This document shows, in pieces, positions 18,033 to 29,260 of a stretch of 58,222 nt of DNA. The first letter of the stretch is position 1. Each line of letters starts with the position of its first letter. Below the pieces are notes generated by a model, which worked only from the letters and a program-made list of their open reading frames with translations, did not search any database and was not told the origin of the DNA. Origin of the DNA: a virus. Its lineage: Duplodnaviria > Caudoviricetes. Position numbers and translations under genes: made by a program. The DNA lies in the IMG/VR virus record IMGVR_UViG_3300034116_002079, positions 1 through 58,222 of that record. The stretch is one strand, 5' to 3'.

Positions 18033-21000
18033 TGAACTATAATAAATATATTGGTCTGCCTTACAAAGATAACGGCAGAGATATTGATGGAATAGATTGC
18101 TGGGGATTAGTTCGTCTTTACTATAAAGAAGAACTAGGTATTGATCTACCAAGCTACGTTGACGAATATAATGGCCCTTATGACACTAGCGTCACAAGGG
18201 CTATTAGTCTTTATAAAGACTCATGGAACAAAACTACTACTCCCGCACCTGGAGACGTAGTATTATTTAATATCTACGGAGAACCCGCACACGTTGGCGT
18301 TTACGTAGGCAACAACAAATTTTTGCACTGCCGCGAAGGCCGCGACAGTGTGGTCGAATCACTGGATAATATCAAGTGGAATAAGCGACTAGAAGGTGTT
18401 TACAAATACAGCGAGAATACTCAAATTGAAGTTGTGGGTATGCCACATCCGCTAAAAACAAGCGTATATCGTGAATGGACTGTTGCAGGTACAACTGTTC
18501 AAGATTTTGCATTGTTTGTACAAAACAAATACTCTTTAAGCACACGATTTACTGAAAAGTTAGTAGTTGTAGTAGACGGTGTTCCCATTGCCAAAGAAAA
18601 CTGGGAAACAACTGTTTTGCAAGCAGGACAAACCATTGCTTATCGCGCAGTGCCAGAAGGTCGCGATACCTTTAGATTACTTCTTGTTCTTGCCGTTGTT
18701 ATTGTAGCGCCACAATTAGCTACAACTGGATTTCCTAGTTTAGGTATAAGCGGAGCAGGTTTTGCAGCTGGTACTTGGCAAGCCAGTGCCGCTGCTATGG
18801 CTATTTCCATGACAGGTATTGCATTGGTAAATGCAATTATGCCTATACGTACTCCTACTCAAAATGATCCAGGCAGTGCCAATGCCTTAAATTTGTTTAG
18901 CGGTACAAACAATCAAACTAATAAGTTCGGAGCTATCCCGGTTGTCCTAGGTAAAGTTAGGATGGCAGCAATGTTAGGTGCTTCTCCTTATATTGAAACA
19001 CTAACAGATACAACTGTTTTAAACTTACTGCTTGTATGGGGTTTTGGACCTCTGCAAATTACTGATCTTTGCGTTGGCGCAAACCCTATTGCAAACTACT
19101 ATGACGGTTTGCCAATGCAGCTTCCTAAACCTGCTACACTATACGGTCGTGCTGAAGAAGATCAAGCAGCATTTAATACCTTATATGGTTCAGACGTAGA
19201 ACAAGCTCCTGCAAAATCGGTTGAACTTGTTAATAATACCACAGATGGTAATCCTTGGCAATATATTTATTTTAACCAAGAATCAACACGAGTTGATGTG
19301 GCACTTACCTTTCCAGAAGGTATGCGAAGCATTAATGTTAAAAATGGAAACGTAAGTGCAGCCACCTCAGCTGTTGAAATTCAACTTGGCACTTATAATA
19401 GTGCCAATAATGAATGGAGTTTTACCAATACTTCCGCCTACTCTGTAGGTGCATACAATTCTAATCAGCTTAATTCACAGGCATACACTTCTTCGTTGCT
19501 ACTTCCAGGTACTAGAATTACAGGTTATGATGAGAATGGTTCAACCTCTACCTCGCTATTCCGATATAGCATATTTGCAATGTTACCAGGCGGTGGTATT
19601 CAGCGTTATGATGGTGCTGCTACTGACAGGTTTAACCTGCCTCCAAGCCCTGAGATGATTGCGGAGTACAAAAGCGGAACATATGCAAAACTTATTGGAG
19701 ACGGCGGTACATTTACCCACTTACCACAAATACCACCAAATGCATTAAAATTGTACACAGTATGTATGACGAATACTGGTATAATCGAACCCCCAACTTC
19801 GCATTTAAGTAGTTATGTTGGGTATACAGGACTAGCCCTTACTCATACTGCATTAACTGAAAGCGTTCAAGAACCTGACTATACTGTAGGTACTAGAACT
19901 ATAGGTACAAAAATTGCTATTCAAGCAGGAAAAGTTTGGAACGATAGCACTCCTGTAGGTCAAGTAGCTGCAACAAGTGCTGCTCCACAAGAAATATTTA
20001 ACTCTACACAATTTGCTGGTGTAAATAGCACTTTTAATAAGTACAGTGGCTGGAGTAGCTTGCTACAAACTTACGGAGTGCGACCTACAAACTATACAGG
20101 TGCCACATCAGATACTTTAAATATAACCAAAACGGTTAACTTCCCTTACAGTGGTTACTACAATATTGAGGCTTCTGCAGACGATTCAGGAACTGTAGAA
20201 ATTGACGATATCAAAGTTTTAACCATGCCAGAAAATAGTTGGCGTACTACTGTAACAAGTTTAATGTACCTAGAAGCAGGTAATCATACAGTTAAACTAA
20301 CTGGTACAAACGTAGGTGGTCGCGATATGGCTTCTGCTGTAAGAATAACTTACACTAAGTCAGGATTAAATAGCGTTTCTACTACTCATACTGAGATTGT
20401 GTTTGGAGTGCCAGGTTTCTTTGAAAAACGAAAGGATGCTTTTGGATACACTCAACACTTTACACAACTACCTAAAGCACGATACGCTGTACGATGCCGT
20501 AGAACTGATAACGATGCTTCAGAAGAAGGCGATCTTCGCAAGTATGCTAAAATAGTGTTCTTTACCGCAGCCTGTTTTGATAATACCAGACCAGCAGTTA
20601 ATCCTCCTGGAACTTATATTGCAAAAACTGCCATTCGCGTACAAAGTACAAACAAAGTTAACGGCTCAATAGATGGTGTTAATGCTATGGTTCAAAGCAT
20701 TTGCTTGGACTGGGATAAAGCTACACAAAAATGGGTTAGTAGACCTACTAATAATCCAGCAAGTTTATTTGCCTATATTTTAATGCATCCAGGTAATGCT
20801 TATAAGATTAGCCCGTTAGAGTGGGCTCGCAAAATAGATCTGCCTAGTTTACAGGCTTGGCACGAGTTCTGTGACGGCAATAACCCTTCTGGTGGTAGAT
20901 TAACCTACAATAACATTATTACTAACAGTATGAGTGTTATGGATGTGTTGCGAGATATTTGTGCAGCGGGACTAGGAAGCCCAATTTTCTTGGATGGTAA

Positions 21001-22537
21001 GTGGTCCGTGGTAATTGATAGACCAAGAACTTATACTACTCAGTATTTTACTCCACACAATAGTTGGGGATTTGAGTCTACCAAAACACTGCCAAGATTG
21101 CCACACGCATTTAGAATAACTATTGTAGATGAAAAACAATCTTACCAAAACTCTGAATATATAGTATACAATTACGGATATAACAAAGATGGTACAGGCG
21201 GTAAAACCGAAGCAACATTGTTTGAAAGTTTGTCGTTACCTGGTGTAACTAATCCTGACCAAGCAAAATTCTTAGCAAAATGGCATCACGCACAGCTGAA
21301 ACTACGCCCCGAAACCTATACATTAAACACAGACTTTGAGTATTTAGTGTGTAATCGCGGTGATGTGGTTAAAGTAAGTCACGACGTTCCGCTATGGGGT
21401 GTTGGAACAGGCCGCATAAAGGCTATCACTAACAGCACTACCTTAGAGTTAACAGAGCCAGTGACTTTAGTAGGCGGCAAAAACTACCGAATACTAATCC
21501 GAGTTAACGATAAAAATAAACCAAACGGCACTACTAAAACTCTAGACTTAGCAGCTACTAGCCCTGGTATTACTACTGGACAAGTAGTAACTGTTAGTAC
21601 TATTAAACTGTTATCCACAGCACCAATTACTGTAAGTGATGGTCTGGAAGCCGATAATTTGTTTATGTTAGGAGAGCTTGGCTATGAGACACAAGAGCTG
21701 GTAGTTATAAATGTAGAACCTACAACCAATGCAGGAGCAAAATTAACTTTAGTTGATTACTCTCCGCAAATTTATACTGCTAATCTATCTGAACTTCTAA
21801 CATACGATGCTAATGTTACTTTGCGTAACAATGACATTGTTAAAAATAGCATTAATAAAGCGCCCGTAATTACTCAAATAACTAGCGATAGCGTACTAAG
21901 TGAGGCCATTTCTGGCGGAACTTATCAAAACGTTGTAATTGTTAGTTTTTCAAACCCTGCTGATTTAAGTAATCAAGCAGAGCAGATTGAGTCACAAATT
22001 ATTCGCGGAGATAGTGACTTTGGTTCAGGCAGTTTAACTGAACTTTATAGGGTTGATAAGTCTGTTAGTAGTCTAACTGTCAATGGTTTAACCACTGGCG
22101 AAGTTTACAAAATACGTTCGCGTTACAGTAATAAAACTGGTACTATTGTAGGGCCCTGGTCTGATACTATCTGGTTTACAAATGCTGGTAAGAACCTTAC
22201 TGGATCTATAGCCCCACTACTAACACTTGACTTAGAGCGTACGTTTATTGTTGTGAAGCCTGATGTTACTCTACAGACACCTGATTTTTCAACATACGAA
22301 TACCGACTATTCAAAGATACTGGCTCGGAAGATTTCTGGGAATTAGATTTGACAGCAAATAATATTAAAGTTATTAAAAATACTGGAGAAGCTAGGTTTG
22401 ATCTTCGGGAGCAACCAAGACCTAGACTTTCAGCGGCTGGAGTTACTTATCGAGTGGCTTGCAGAGCATTAGATAAACAAGGTAATTATAGTACTGAAAG
22501 TACTCTGGGAACAATAGTTGTTAGAACTATTACTTAA
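18032..22537 (+). CDS. Fused NlpC/P60 (gpK) + gpI-like + gpJ-like central tail fibre
   Basis: DCWGLV..HVG..FLH catalytic pattern, ubiquitin-like gpI region, IPVVLG, TNNPA, RGDVV.V motifs, PA14-like insert (ASADDSG), FN3 end. Confidence 0.85.
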   Translation: MNYNKYIGLPYKDNGRDIDGIDCWGLVRLYYKEELGIDLPSYVDEYNGPYDTSVTRAISLYKDSWNKTTTPAPGDVVLFNIYGEPAHVGVYVGNNKFLHCREGRDSVVESLDNIKWNKRLEGVYKYSENTQIEVVGMPHPLKTSVYREWTVAGTTVQDFALFVQNKYSLSTRFTEKLVVVVDGVPIAKENWETTVLQAGQTIAYRAVPEGRDTFRLLLVLAVVIVAPQLATTGFPSLGISGAGFAAGTWQASAAAMAISMTGIALVNAIMPIRTPTQNDPGSANALNLFSGTNNQTNKFGAIPVVLGKVRMAAMLGASPYIETLTDTTVLNLLLVWGFGPLQITDLCVGANPIANYYDGLPMQLPKPATLYGRAEEDQAAFNTLYGSDVEQAPAKSVELVNNTTDGNPWQYIYFNQESTRVDVALTFPEGMRSINVKNGNVSAATSAVEIQLGTYNSANNEWSFTNTSAYSVGAYNSNQLNSQAYTSSLLLPGTRITGYDENGSTSTSLFRYSIFAMLPGGGIQRYDGAATDRFNLPPSPEMIAEYKSGTYAKLIGDGGTFTHLPQIPPNALKLYTVCMTNTGIIEPPTSHLSSYVGYTGLALTHTALTESVQEPDYTVGTRTIGTKIAIQAGKVWNDSTPVGQVAATSAAPQEIFNSTQFAGVNSTFNKYSGWSSLLQTYGVRPTNYTGATSDTLNITKTVNFPYSGYYNIEASADDSGTVEIDDIKVLTMPENSWRTTVTSLMYLEAGNHTVKLTGTNVGGRDMASAVRITYTKSGLNSVSTTHTEIVFGVPGFFEKRKDAFGYTQHFTQLPKARYAVRCRRTDNDASEEGDLRKYAKIVFFTAACFDNTRPAVNPPGTYIAKTAIRVQSTNKVNGSIDGVNAMVQSICLDWDKATQKWVSRPTNNPASLFAYILMHPGNAYKISPLEWARKIDLPSLQAWHEFCDGNNPSGGRLTYNNIITNSMSVMDVLRDICAAGLGSPIFLDGKWSVVIDRPRTYTTQYFTPHNSWGFESTKTLPRLPHAFRITIVDEKQSYQNSEYIVYNYGYNKDGTGGKTEATLFESLSLPGVTNPDQAKFLAKWHHAQLKLRPETYTLNTDFEYLVCNRGDVVKVSHDVPLWGVGTGRIKAITNSTTLELTEPVTLVGGKNYRILIRVNDKNKPNGTTKTLDLAATSPGITTGQVVTVSTIKLLSTAPITVSDGLEADNLFMLGELGYETQELVVINVEPTTNAGAKLTLVDYSPQIYTANLSELLTYDANVTLRNNDIVKNSINKAPVITQITSDSVLSEAISGGTYQNVVIVSFSNPADLSNQAEQIESQIIRGDSDFGSGSLTELYRVDKSVSSLTVNGLTTGEVYKIRSRYSNKTGTIVGPWSDTIWFTNAGKNLTGSIAPLLTLDLERTFIVVKPDVTLQTPDFSTYEYRLFKDTGSEDFWELDLTANNIKVIKNTGEARFDLREQPRPRLSAAGVTYRVACRALDKQGNYSTESTLGTIVVRTIT

Positions 22538-22546
22538 AGGATAAAC

Positions 22547-25429
22547 ATGGCAGCACATTTATACCCGGGCGTAAAGTCTTTGCAGTTAGTATTAGACAGA
22601 CCATATGACGCTATTAGAACCACAGATGTTAGGGACGACCTAACATCTGTAAAGGTTTGGTATTCATTGACCAGCGGGTTTAATCCAAATAATGGACAGG
22701 GCACACTTGTGCCTTCTGGAAATAGCTTAAACGTAACTATTACTGGACTAACTCCTAATACTAGATACTATGTAAAGTACGCTTTTATTAGTGCAATTGA
22801 TGAAGATGAAATAGATCCACCAGGACCAACAGGTCCTGGCTCTTATACGGTTTCTTCAGAGTTATCTGCAGTAGTGCTTGAAGAAAACATAAGTGTTTAC
22901 GGCTACTTAACAAATGACCCTGTGCCCATTGTTACAGCAACAGATGGTAGTGGTGGAGACTTTTCGCAAGCTACTGGCGTTTTTAAGGTTTTTAATTTAA
23001 GTACTGAAGTTACAGGTGCCGGCCCCGTATACGGTATTAAACCATTTACAACTGATAATATTACAGGAGCAACTATAAATGCCGTAACAGGTGTATACAG
23101 TTGCACTGGTTTAACAGACGATGGTGGCAATGTTACTTTTACAGCTACTTATAATAATGTAGTTATAGAGCAAGTATGGAATGTTTATCGAGCCAAAGCA
23201 GGTGAAACAGCCCCATTAATTCAACTTAGTAGTCCTAATAAAGAATTTGTTTACAAAGACCAATTTGCTACAAGTTCACAAACTCCCTCAACAACAGTAA
23301 CTGCCCGTTTAGTTAACTTAACTGGTACACCTACATTTACTGTGCAAGCATATACACGAGATAATGTAACTACACCTCTGGGTAATATTGCTTTTACACA
23401 AAATGGTAATACAATCACAATTACAAAAGCGCAGTTTGATGCGCTTGGTATAACCATTGGTACAGCAAAAGTAACTGCTAGCATTGGTACCGTAAGCGAC
23501 GTTCTTACACTATATCGTATTAATGATGGTACAGAACAAATTACTGTTGAGTTATCTAACGAATCTCACGGAATACCTGCGTATGCAGATGGTACAACTA
23601 CAACTAGCAGTTATGTAGGTAGCGGTACGTTAATACAAGTTAAACAAGGTAATACATATTTACCTGTAGATAATACAAGCCCATATATTGATGGAAGCTG
23701 GAGAGTAAATACTATTAATGCTGTAGGTATCGTATGCGATACAACTCCTGCAGTTGGTGGAAACTTTATCGAGTACAATCAACATTCAACAATGGATGAT
23801 GCGCTTGATGTTGCTTATATCGACTATACTATTACTGGTAAAACTAGTAGTGGAGTAGCTTTTAGCATTGTAAAGCGTCAGAGCTTTGCAAAATCAAAAG
23901 AAGGTGTACAAGGTGCAACGGCTCGGTCTGTAGCTATTACCGCACCAGGTCAGGCTTTTGTAACTGCTAAAAATACAAATAGCCCAGTACCTTCAACAAT
24001 TACACTAACAGCAGTTCAAAGTAATTTTATTACTCCACAATATTTGTGGCAGATTCAAAATCCCACAACTCAAGCGTGGGAAGCACCAGGGTCGCAAGGC
24101 ACTGCTACTGGGTCTGTTTTTATACTAAACAGTTTTGCTCCTGTAGGTTCAAAAGCCGTCAAAGTCACAGTTACCGAAAATGTAGACGGAGAAACCTTTA
24201 GTGTATTTGATATATTTTCAGTATACAGCTTACGCGAAGGCGATGATGCTTTTATAATTGGTCTATCTAATGAAAATCAAACCATTAGCTATGACAGTGG
24301 TGGCGATCCAAATCCTGGACAATTCCCTGTTGTTAGTAAACTGTACGCAGTATTAGGTACTAATTTTTTAACTAGTTCTACTAATCCAGCAGTTACGTTT
24401 GCTCCCGTTAGTTATAATGGTGGCGGTACTTATACTATCGACGGAAATGGTGATATTACTATTCAAGCCCCACTTACTGTGGATTCTGCCACGGCAGTGT
24501 TTAGTGCTACAATCTATCCTGGCACTGCAAATGCAAAAACATTAACCAAGAGTTTAACGCTTAACAAATCCAAAGATGGTAAAGTTGGCGAAGGTATTAC
24601 ACAAATCTATATTCGCAGTACTGCCAACCCACCAACAACCCCCGCAGCTAGTGCAGGTGTGCCTAGTGGTTGGTCAGCTACAGTAGCTGGGGCAACTGGA
24701 ACAGATCCGTTGTGGACAAGTTTTGGTAAGCGAGCAGTTGGTTCAACTGAGTATACCTGGCAAACTCCTGTACGTGTTGAAGGTACAACTGTAATAAATC
24801 CGCCACTAAAAAATGCAACCGGATATCTATATTACAACCCACCATCTCCTGTAGCTAGTCAGCCTGGTAAACCTCAAGCAAGTGGGTATGATTTTGCTAC
24901 TGGAGAATTTAGTAGTATAACACAGTACTGGTCTACTACATTTACAGTTGTAGATAATCCTGCCGGAAAAATGTGGGCATCTAGATATAGTGTACAAGAA
25001 ACTGTGTCTGGAGGAGCACAAACAGTAGAAACTACTCCAGCTTTTATACACCAAAACTTTAATGGTATAGTAACTTTTACTAATATTGATACTCAGGTAG
25101 CAAATACTAACACAATTAGTACTTTAAGTAGTACTGTTTCTGGCAAGTTAAGTGCTAATGACCTTAGCTCAACTGCCACGATTACCAATTTAACTAATAC
25201 TGTATCTGGCAAGATAAGTGCTGCAGATATTGGCCCAACAGGTACTACTGTTATTGATGGTGGAAGAATTACTACAGGAGTAGTAAATGCTAACAGATTA
25301 AATATTGGTAATAATTCAGGTAATCTTAATGGTGACAGAATTGTTATAGATGGAACAGCAACTACAGGCAATAATATTAAAGTATATAGTGCCGGCAATT
25401 TACGAGTTGTTATTGGTAATTTAGGTTAA
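22547..25429 (+). CDS. Tail fibre/tip protein with FN3 and Ig-like repeats
   Basis: TITGLTPNTRYYVK FN3 motif, repeated LSNE..I domains, TTVIDGGRITTG and RVVIGNL end. Confidence 0.7.
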   Translation: MAAHLYPGVKSLQLVLDRPYDAIRTTDVRDDLTSVKVWYSLTSGFNPNNGQGTLVPSGNSLNVTITGLTPNTRYYVKYAFISAIDEDEIDPPGPTGPGSYTVSSELSAVVLEENISVYGYLTNDPVPIVTATDGSGGDFSQATGVFKVFNLSTEVTGAGPVYGIKPFTTDNITGATINAVTGVYSCTGLTDDGGNVTFTATYNNVVIEQVWNVYRAKAGETAPLIQLSSPNKEFVYKDQFATSSQTPSTTVTARLVNLTGTPTFTVQAYTRDNVTTPLGNIAFTQNGNTITITKAQFDALGITIGTAKVTASIGTVSDVLTLYRINDGTEQITVELSNESHGIPAYADGTTTTSSYVGSGTLIQVKQGNTYLPVDNTSPYIDGSWRVNTINAVGIVCDTTPAVGGNFIEYNQHSTMDDALDVAYIDYTITGKTSSGVAFSIVKRQSFAKSKEGVQGATARSVAITAPGQAFVTAKNTNSPVPSTITLTAVQSNFITPQYLWQIQNPTTQAWEAPGSQGTATGSVFILNSFAPVGSKAVKVTVTENVDGETFSVFDIFSVYSLREGDDAFIIGLSNENQTISYDSGGDPNPGQFPVVSKLYAVLGTNFLTSSTNPAVTFAPVSYNGGGTYTIDGNGDITIQAPLTVDSATAVFSATIYPGTANAKTLTKSLTLNKSKDGKVGEGITQIYIRSTANPPTTPAASAGVPSGWSATVAGATGTDPLWTSFGKRAVGSTEYTWQTPVRVEGTTVINPPLKNATGYLYYNPPSPVASQPGKPQASGYDFATGEFSSITQYWSTTFTVVDNPAGKMWASRYSVQETVSGGAQTVETTPAFIHQNFNGIVTFTNIDTQVANTNTISTLSSTVSGKLSANDLSSTATITNLTNTVSGKISAADIGPTGTTVIDGGRITTGVVNANRLNIGNNSGNLNGDRIVIDGTATTGNNIKVYSAGNLRVVIGNLG

Positions 25430-25438
25430 GAGGTATTT

Positions 25439-25762
25439 ATGGCCTATGGAATGAAAATTTATGGCCCCGACGGGGTTTCTGTTGCATATGACTCCACCAG
25501 CCCAGGTGGGGTCTTTATAAGATTTGTTGTGTTATTAGCATCCGCACCCACAAACAGTCAAAGTGTAATAACCTTTTCAAGTATTTATCGAGGAATGACA
25601 ATAGAGCTATATCCGCTTGTTAGTGGAGATCACTCATATTATCTTGTTCAAGGCAATGTTGCAGGCGGACAAGATGCTACAATTTATTACCAAAGCAGTA
25701 CCTCAATAGCTGGCGATTTTACTACTCGTAAACCAACAATTTTAATGGCATTTGCTAAATGA
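25439..25762 (+). CDS. Small tail-tip accessory protein
   Basis: MAYGMKIY..DG..YDS start typical of genes after gpJ-like fibres. Confidence 0.55.
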   Translation: MAYGMKIYGPDGVSVAYDSTSPGGVFIRFVVLLASAPTNSQSVITFSSIYRGMTIELYPLVSGDHSYYLVQGNVAGGQDATIYYQSSTSIAGDFTTRKPTILMAFAK

Positions 25763-28700
25763 CTTACGGATTCAAATTTTTAAACGACAATAACGAAACC
25801 GTTATTGATGATATCAATGTTAAGCCTTGGTATCTACGACAAGCCGTGGTAGCCAATGCCACTTTAGTTACCTCCACTTATGACAGAATAAACGACTTTT
25901 ATTATACTGATAGTGAAAGTGGCCAAACTGCTTTAATGTGGCGACCATACTCTGCTCCAGGTGTAACAAGCTGGTCAGTTTATGAAATAAGATATGAAGT
26001 TCCAAACGACTATGATTGTTTTATAGCATTCTCAATACCTAGCGGTACTGGTGTATACTACAACTGCCCTGTACCTTACTCTTTAAAAGCCGCTCCTACT
26101 AATATATCTATATTTACATTTATACCTAATACTCGTGTTGCTAGTGTTGCCGATATACCAAAAGCGTATATATTTGTAACTGATCCAGTACCTCCACCAA
26201 ACCCGTCAATAGCTAAATATGGTATAAGACTTTTTAGCGAAAGTGGTGCAATTACTTATGATTCAGGATATAGGCACTTTCAACCTGTTGCAATACCTAC
26301 AATATTTGTGCCAGACCCCGATAATTATGTTTATACAGAAAGCAGCCTTATACCTGACCAACAAAGCACAATTCCAGGAAATTTAACAAATCCAGTATTT
26401 TTGTTGCCTGGAATAGATTTAATAAAGGTAGGCGGAATGAACTGGGAAGAGGGTACTAATGTAGCTTTAGTTAATAGCGTGGTATACGGTAGATCAGGAT
26501 CTAACTTGTATCTTTCCGTACCAAGAACTAAAGTGCAATTCGTCCCTTCTTTTACCCCTGCAGGATTTTATAATCAAGCACTAACAGGCATCCAAAAATA
26601 TATTGTTCTAGATGGAAATATACTAGATCAAGGAAATAGTACTCCAGAACTAGAACCTTCATATAGACTATCTAGAAACAAATCTGCAATTACAGAAGGT
26701 CAAACAGGTATAATAATAACACTTAATACTACAGCCGTTCCTAACGGTACAATAGTGCCTTACACAATTTCAGGTATTAATGCAAACGATTTACAAGTAA
26801 ACGACTTAACGCGAGAATTTTTTGTAACCAATAATACTTCCAATGCTTATATCGAGGCCGTGTCAGATAGTTTCTTAGAAGGTACAGAAACAGTAACTCT
26901 AGCACTAGATAATGGAAAAGACTCAATTACTTTTACAATTTCGGACGCAATAACATACTCCCTTAGCAGAAGCTTAACTTCACCAGAAGAAGGCCAGAAT
27001 ATATTAGTATATTTAACCACTGGAGGAATTGCTAATGGCACTCTTGTACCTTATACTATTACTGGTATACAGCAATCCGACTTGTCTGTTGGTAGTTTAA
27101 CAGGTAATTTTACTGTCCAAAATGGTGCAGCAGAGTTGCGTTTTGAGTTTGCAAAAGATACCGGTAATGATTATGAAACAATGCGTATTTCTGTTAATAA
27201 TGGAGCAACTTTCCTAGATATACCTGTTACTAATATTCCTTATGCTAACGAAGTTTTAACGATTACGCCTAACGTTATTACTACTAATCAGAATACTACA
27301 GTCAGTATTACTGGTGGTTATGCTAGCGATAGCTTTGAGTTTATAATTTTAGATACAGGCGTAAATCCTGTTGATACTTGGAACAATCGCTGGAAATCTG
27401 AGTACGTTTCCTTAGTACAAACTGCTTATTTGGATGAAAATGGTGAGTTTTTTAATCCTGCCCCAACCGGAGCGTCTTTTGGTATAGGCAATAAAACGCT
27501 TTGGATTTTTACTAATACTTCGAAAAATTTCCGCTCAGCAAACGTAACTGTTGGAGCAGAACCTACATTTTCACTAACAGCTAGCAACGGCACTAAAGGT
27601 CCTTTGTATATTAATGAAGGTCAAACTGCCTACTTTTTGGTAACTACCACAAATGTACCTAACGGAACGGTAGTGTACCCTAAAGCGATTTTTCAGTCAG
27701 CAATTACTTCTGATATTGTTAACAGTGCTCAAAATGGTTTAACTATTAATAATAACACAGGTTCTTTTACCATTGAAATGGTAGCAGATCAGTTTACAGA
27801 GTCGAACCCTGAAGATAATCCTACTGGACAGGAATTTTTTGACCTGGTACTTGATTATCCTAACGGTACTCGTCGTGATACTTATGGCCGAGTTTATATC
27901 AACGACACGTCTCTTACACCTGCTAGCTATAGCGTTACACGCAGTGCTGCAAGTGTTAATGAAGGTAGTTTTGTTACATTTACTTTTACAACCAACCAAA
28001 CAGGTACTTTTTACTGGACTCTTACTGGAATGGAGTTAGCTGATATTTGGTATGTTGAGTACTTCCTTGATTTCGGAGAGGGCTCCTATTGGGCAAGTCA
28101 GGGGCAGATTAATTCCGGTACTATTAATCCAAATGACCAAATTAGAATTTGGTTTACTGCAGACCAACAAACAGAAGGTAGTCAAAACACTATTTTTAGT
28201 GTTCGTTCAGGCAGCATTACAGGATTCCCATTAGCTTCTCAAACAGTTACTATTAACGACACTAGCGTGTATCCTGCAGCAGGCACACCTAGCGGCAACC
28301 CTTATTGTCAAGGTTTTAACAAGTATCAAAACTACCATAATGGTAGTGGTGGCACTTATGCTGTGCTTGTTGAAAGCAACAGTACATTTTGCGGATTTAA
28401 TGTTTGGAACGAATCAGTAACAATTGTTAGTGATCTAAACAATAATTACATAGTTCCCTTAAACGGGTACATGACAATTACCATTGGCCAAGGTGAGCCT
28501 AATACTGGATTTACTTTTGCTATTACTAACAATAGTGATCCTCAGCCAACAAGCTTTCCAGGTACAGCTAGCTTAGATGGTAGCGGTTATTTTACTAACT
28601 ATATTACTGGTGCTACTGCCCAAGGTAGTCAAACCATTGGCGACAAACGTTTATGGGTAAAGTTTAACTACAATCAAAACGTTCGTAGTGCAAGATTTCA

Positions 28701-29169
28701 AGTAGTTTATGATTCAGGCACTACAAATGGTGGTACGTTTTGTAGTGGTTTTAACCTACAACAAAATTACAACAATGGATCTGGCGGAATATATACACAA
28801 ACTGTTGAAAGCAACAGCCCTACGTGTGGATATGTACAACAATATTATCCCACTATGTCGCAAACAACCTACTATTACTATAATGTAGACTATGTACATG
28901 ATCTTTGGCAAATCTATGACGCTAAGCCTAACTCACAAGTAAAGTTTACTATTGTAGCAGGCCCTGCCTATATTGGATCAAATGCTACTATTACTACTAA
29001 CGGTTCTGGATTTGGTAGTTATGACATTGGAAATGCACCTTACGCCGCAGGTTTTTACACAATCAATGCAACTTTTCCAGGAAACGACGCAAGCTATCCC
29101 AGCAACTATCGTACATTAGTATTTTACTGGTACGTACTTGCTGCTAGTGGAGGCGGAGGCGGCTATTAA
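25759..29169 (+). CDS. Tail-associated adhesin with Calx-beta/Ig-like repeats
   Basis: Repeated EG..I.L.T..V.NGT.VPYTI.G..D..EG.ET units and two Cys-bracketed repeats. Confidence 0.65.
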   Translation: MTYGFKFLNDNNETVIDDINVKPWYLRQAVVANATLVTSTYDRINDFYYTDSESGQTALMWRPYSAPGVTSWSVYEIRYEVPNDYDCFIAFSIPSGTGVYYNCPVPYSLKAAPTNISIFTFIPNTRVASVADIPKAYIFVTDPVPPPNPSIAKYGIRLFSESGAITYDSGYRHFQPVAIPTIFVPDPDNYVYTESSLIPDQQSTIPGNLTNPVFLLPGIDLIKVGGMNWEEGTNVALVNSVVYGRSGSNLYLSVPRTKVQFVPSFTPAGFYNQALTGIQKYIVLDGNILDQGNSTPELEPSYRLSRNKSAITEGQTGIIITLNTTAVPNGTIVPYTISGINANDLQVNDLTREFFVTNNTSNAYIEAVSDSFLEGTETVTLALDNGKDSITFTISDAITYSLSRSLTSPEEGQNILVYLTTGGIANGTLVPYTITGIQQSDLSVGSLTGNFTVQNGAAELRFEFAKDTGNDYETMRISVNNGATFLDIPVTNIPYANEVLTITPNVITTNQNTTVSITGGYASDSFEFIILDTGVNPVDTWNNRWKSEYVSLVQTAYLDENGEFFNPAPTGASFGIGNKTLWIFTNTSKNFRSANVTVGAEPTFSLTASNGTKGPLYINEGQTAYFLVTTTNVPNGTVVYPKAIFQSAITSDIVNSAQNGLTINNNTGSFTIEMVADQFTESNPEDNPTGQEFFDLVLDYPNGTRRDTYGRVYINDTSLTPASYSVTRSAASVNEGSFVTFTFTTNQTGTFYWTLTGMELADIWYVEYFLDFGEGSYWASQGQINSGTINPNDQIRIWFTADQQTEGSQNTIFSVRSGSITGFPLASQTVTINDTSVYPAAGTPSGNPYCQGFNKYQNYHNGSGGTYAVLVESNSTFCGFNVWNESVTIVSDLNNNYIVPLNGYMTITIGQGEPNTGFTFAITNNSDPQPTSFPGTASLDGSGYFTNYITGATAQGSQTIGDKRLWVKFNYNQNVRSARFQVVYDSGTTNGGTFCSGFNLQQNYNNGSGGIYTQTVESNSPTCGYVQQYYPTMSQTTYYYYNVDYVHDLWQIYDAKPNSQVKFTIVAGPAYIGSNATITTNGSGFGSYDIGNAPYAAGFYTINATFPGNDASYPSNYRTLVFYWYVLAASGGGGGY

Positions 29170-29189
29170 AAGCCAAAAACTTCACTGCT

Positions 29190-29228
29190 AAAAATACCCT
29201 GTCCATTATATGGGCAGGGTATTTTTTT
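29190..29228 (+). terminator. Intrinsic terminator
   Basis: AAAATACCCTGTCCA..TGGGCAGGGTATTTTTTT. Confidence 0.85.
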
Positions 29229-29231
29229 GCA

Positions 29232-29260
29232 TTGACAACTATGCGCCCTTGTGGTATAAT
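29232..29260 (+). promoter_or_regulatory. sigma70-type promoter
   Basis: TTGACA-N17-TATAAT with TGn extension. Confidence 0.85.
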
